From the NCBI RefSeq assembly GCF_003704095.1, contig NW_020845049.1, positions 62,001-125,910 on the forward strand: DNA of 63,910 nt, given 5' to 3'. The DNA comes from Pocillopora damicornis. Lineage: Eukaryota. The position numbers were made by a program, and so were the translations under genes. The notes beneath the pieces are model-generated. The model searched no databases. It worked only from the letters and a program-made list of their open reading frames with translations, and had not been told where the DNA came from. Below are positions 63,861 to 63,910 of this stretch, one piece after another. Numbering within the stretch: the first letter of the stretch is position 1; each line of letters starts with the position of its first letter.

Positions 63861-63910
63861 AAGTGTCGGGAAAGAAATATGTGATGCTAAACTTGATTAT
63901 TTTGTGATTA

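Overview
This is AT-rich, intron-containing animal genomic DNA. Gene content and repeat families suggest an anthozoan, probably a stony coral (inference). There are four 100-N scaffold gaps (19142-19241, 36604-36703, 41299-41398, 46547-46646). The left half holds ordinary multi-exon genes: RNF215 (-), a proline-rich PRR11-like gene (-) head-to-head with MAPKAPK5 (+), and an intronless zinc-finger/coiled-coil gene (-). The right half holds the main signal: a tandem, same-strand array of four eukaryotic RNAi-type (QDE-1/RDR family) RNA-dependent RNA polymerase genes, all unusually short (about 620-690 aa, core only). Two copies keep the catalytic DLDGD motif. The other two are intact long ORFs sharing a dead active site (DLSGE, DLSGK) plus loss of other conserved active-site residues, i.e. 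a conserved pseudo-RdRP lineage clustered with active paralogs. A secreted PAN/fibrinogen-like/LamG gene lies inside the array. Also present are piggyBac-like and other MITEs, SINE/LINE fragments and Penelope-like repeats with minimal hammerhead ribozyme motifs.
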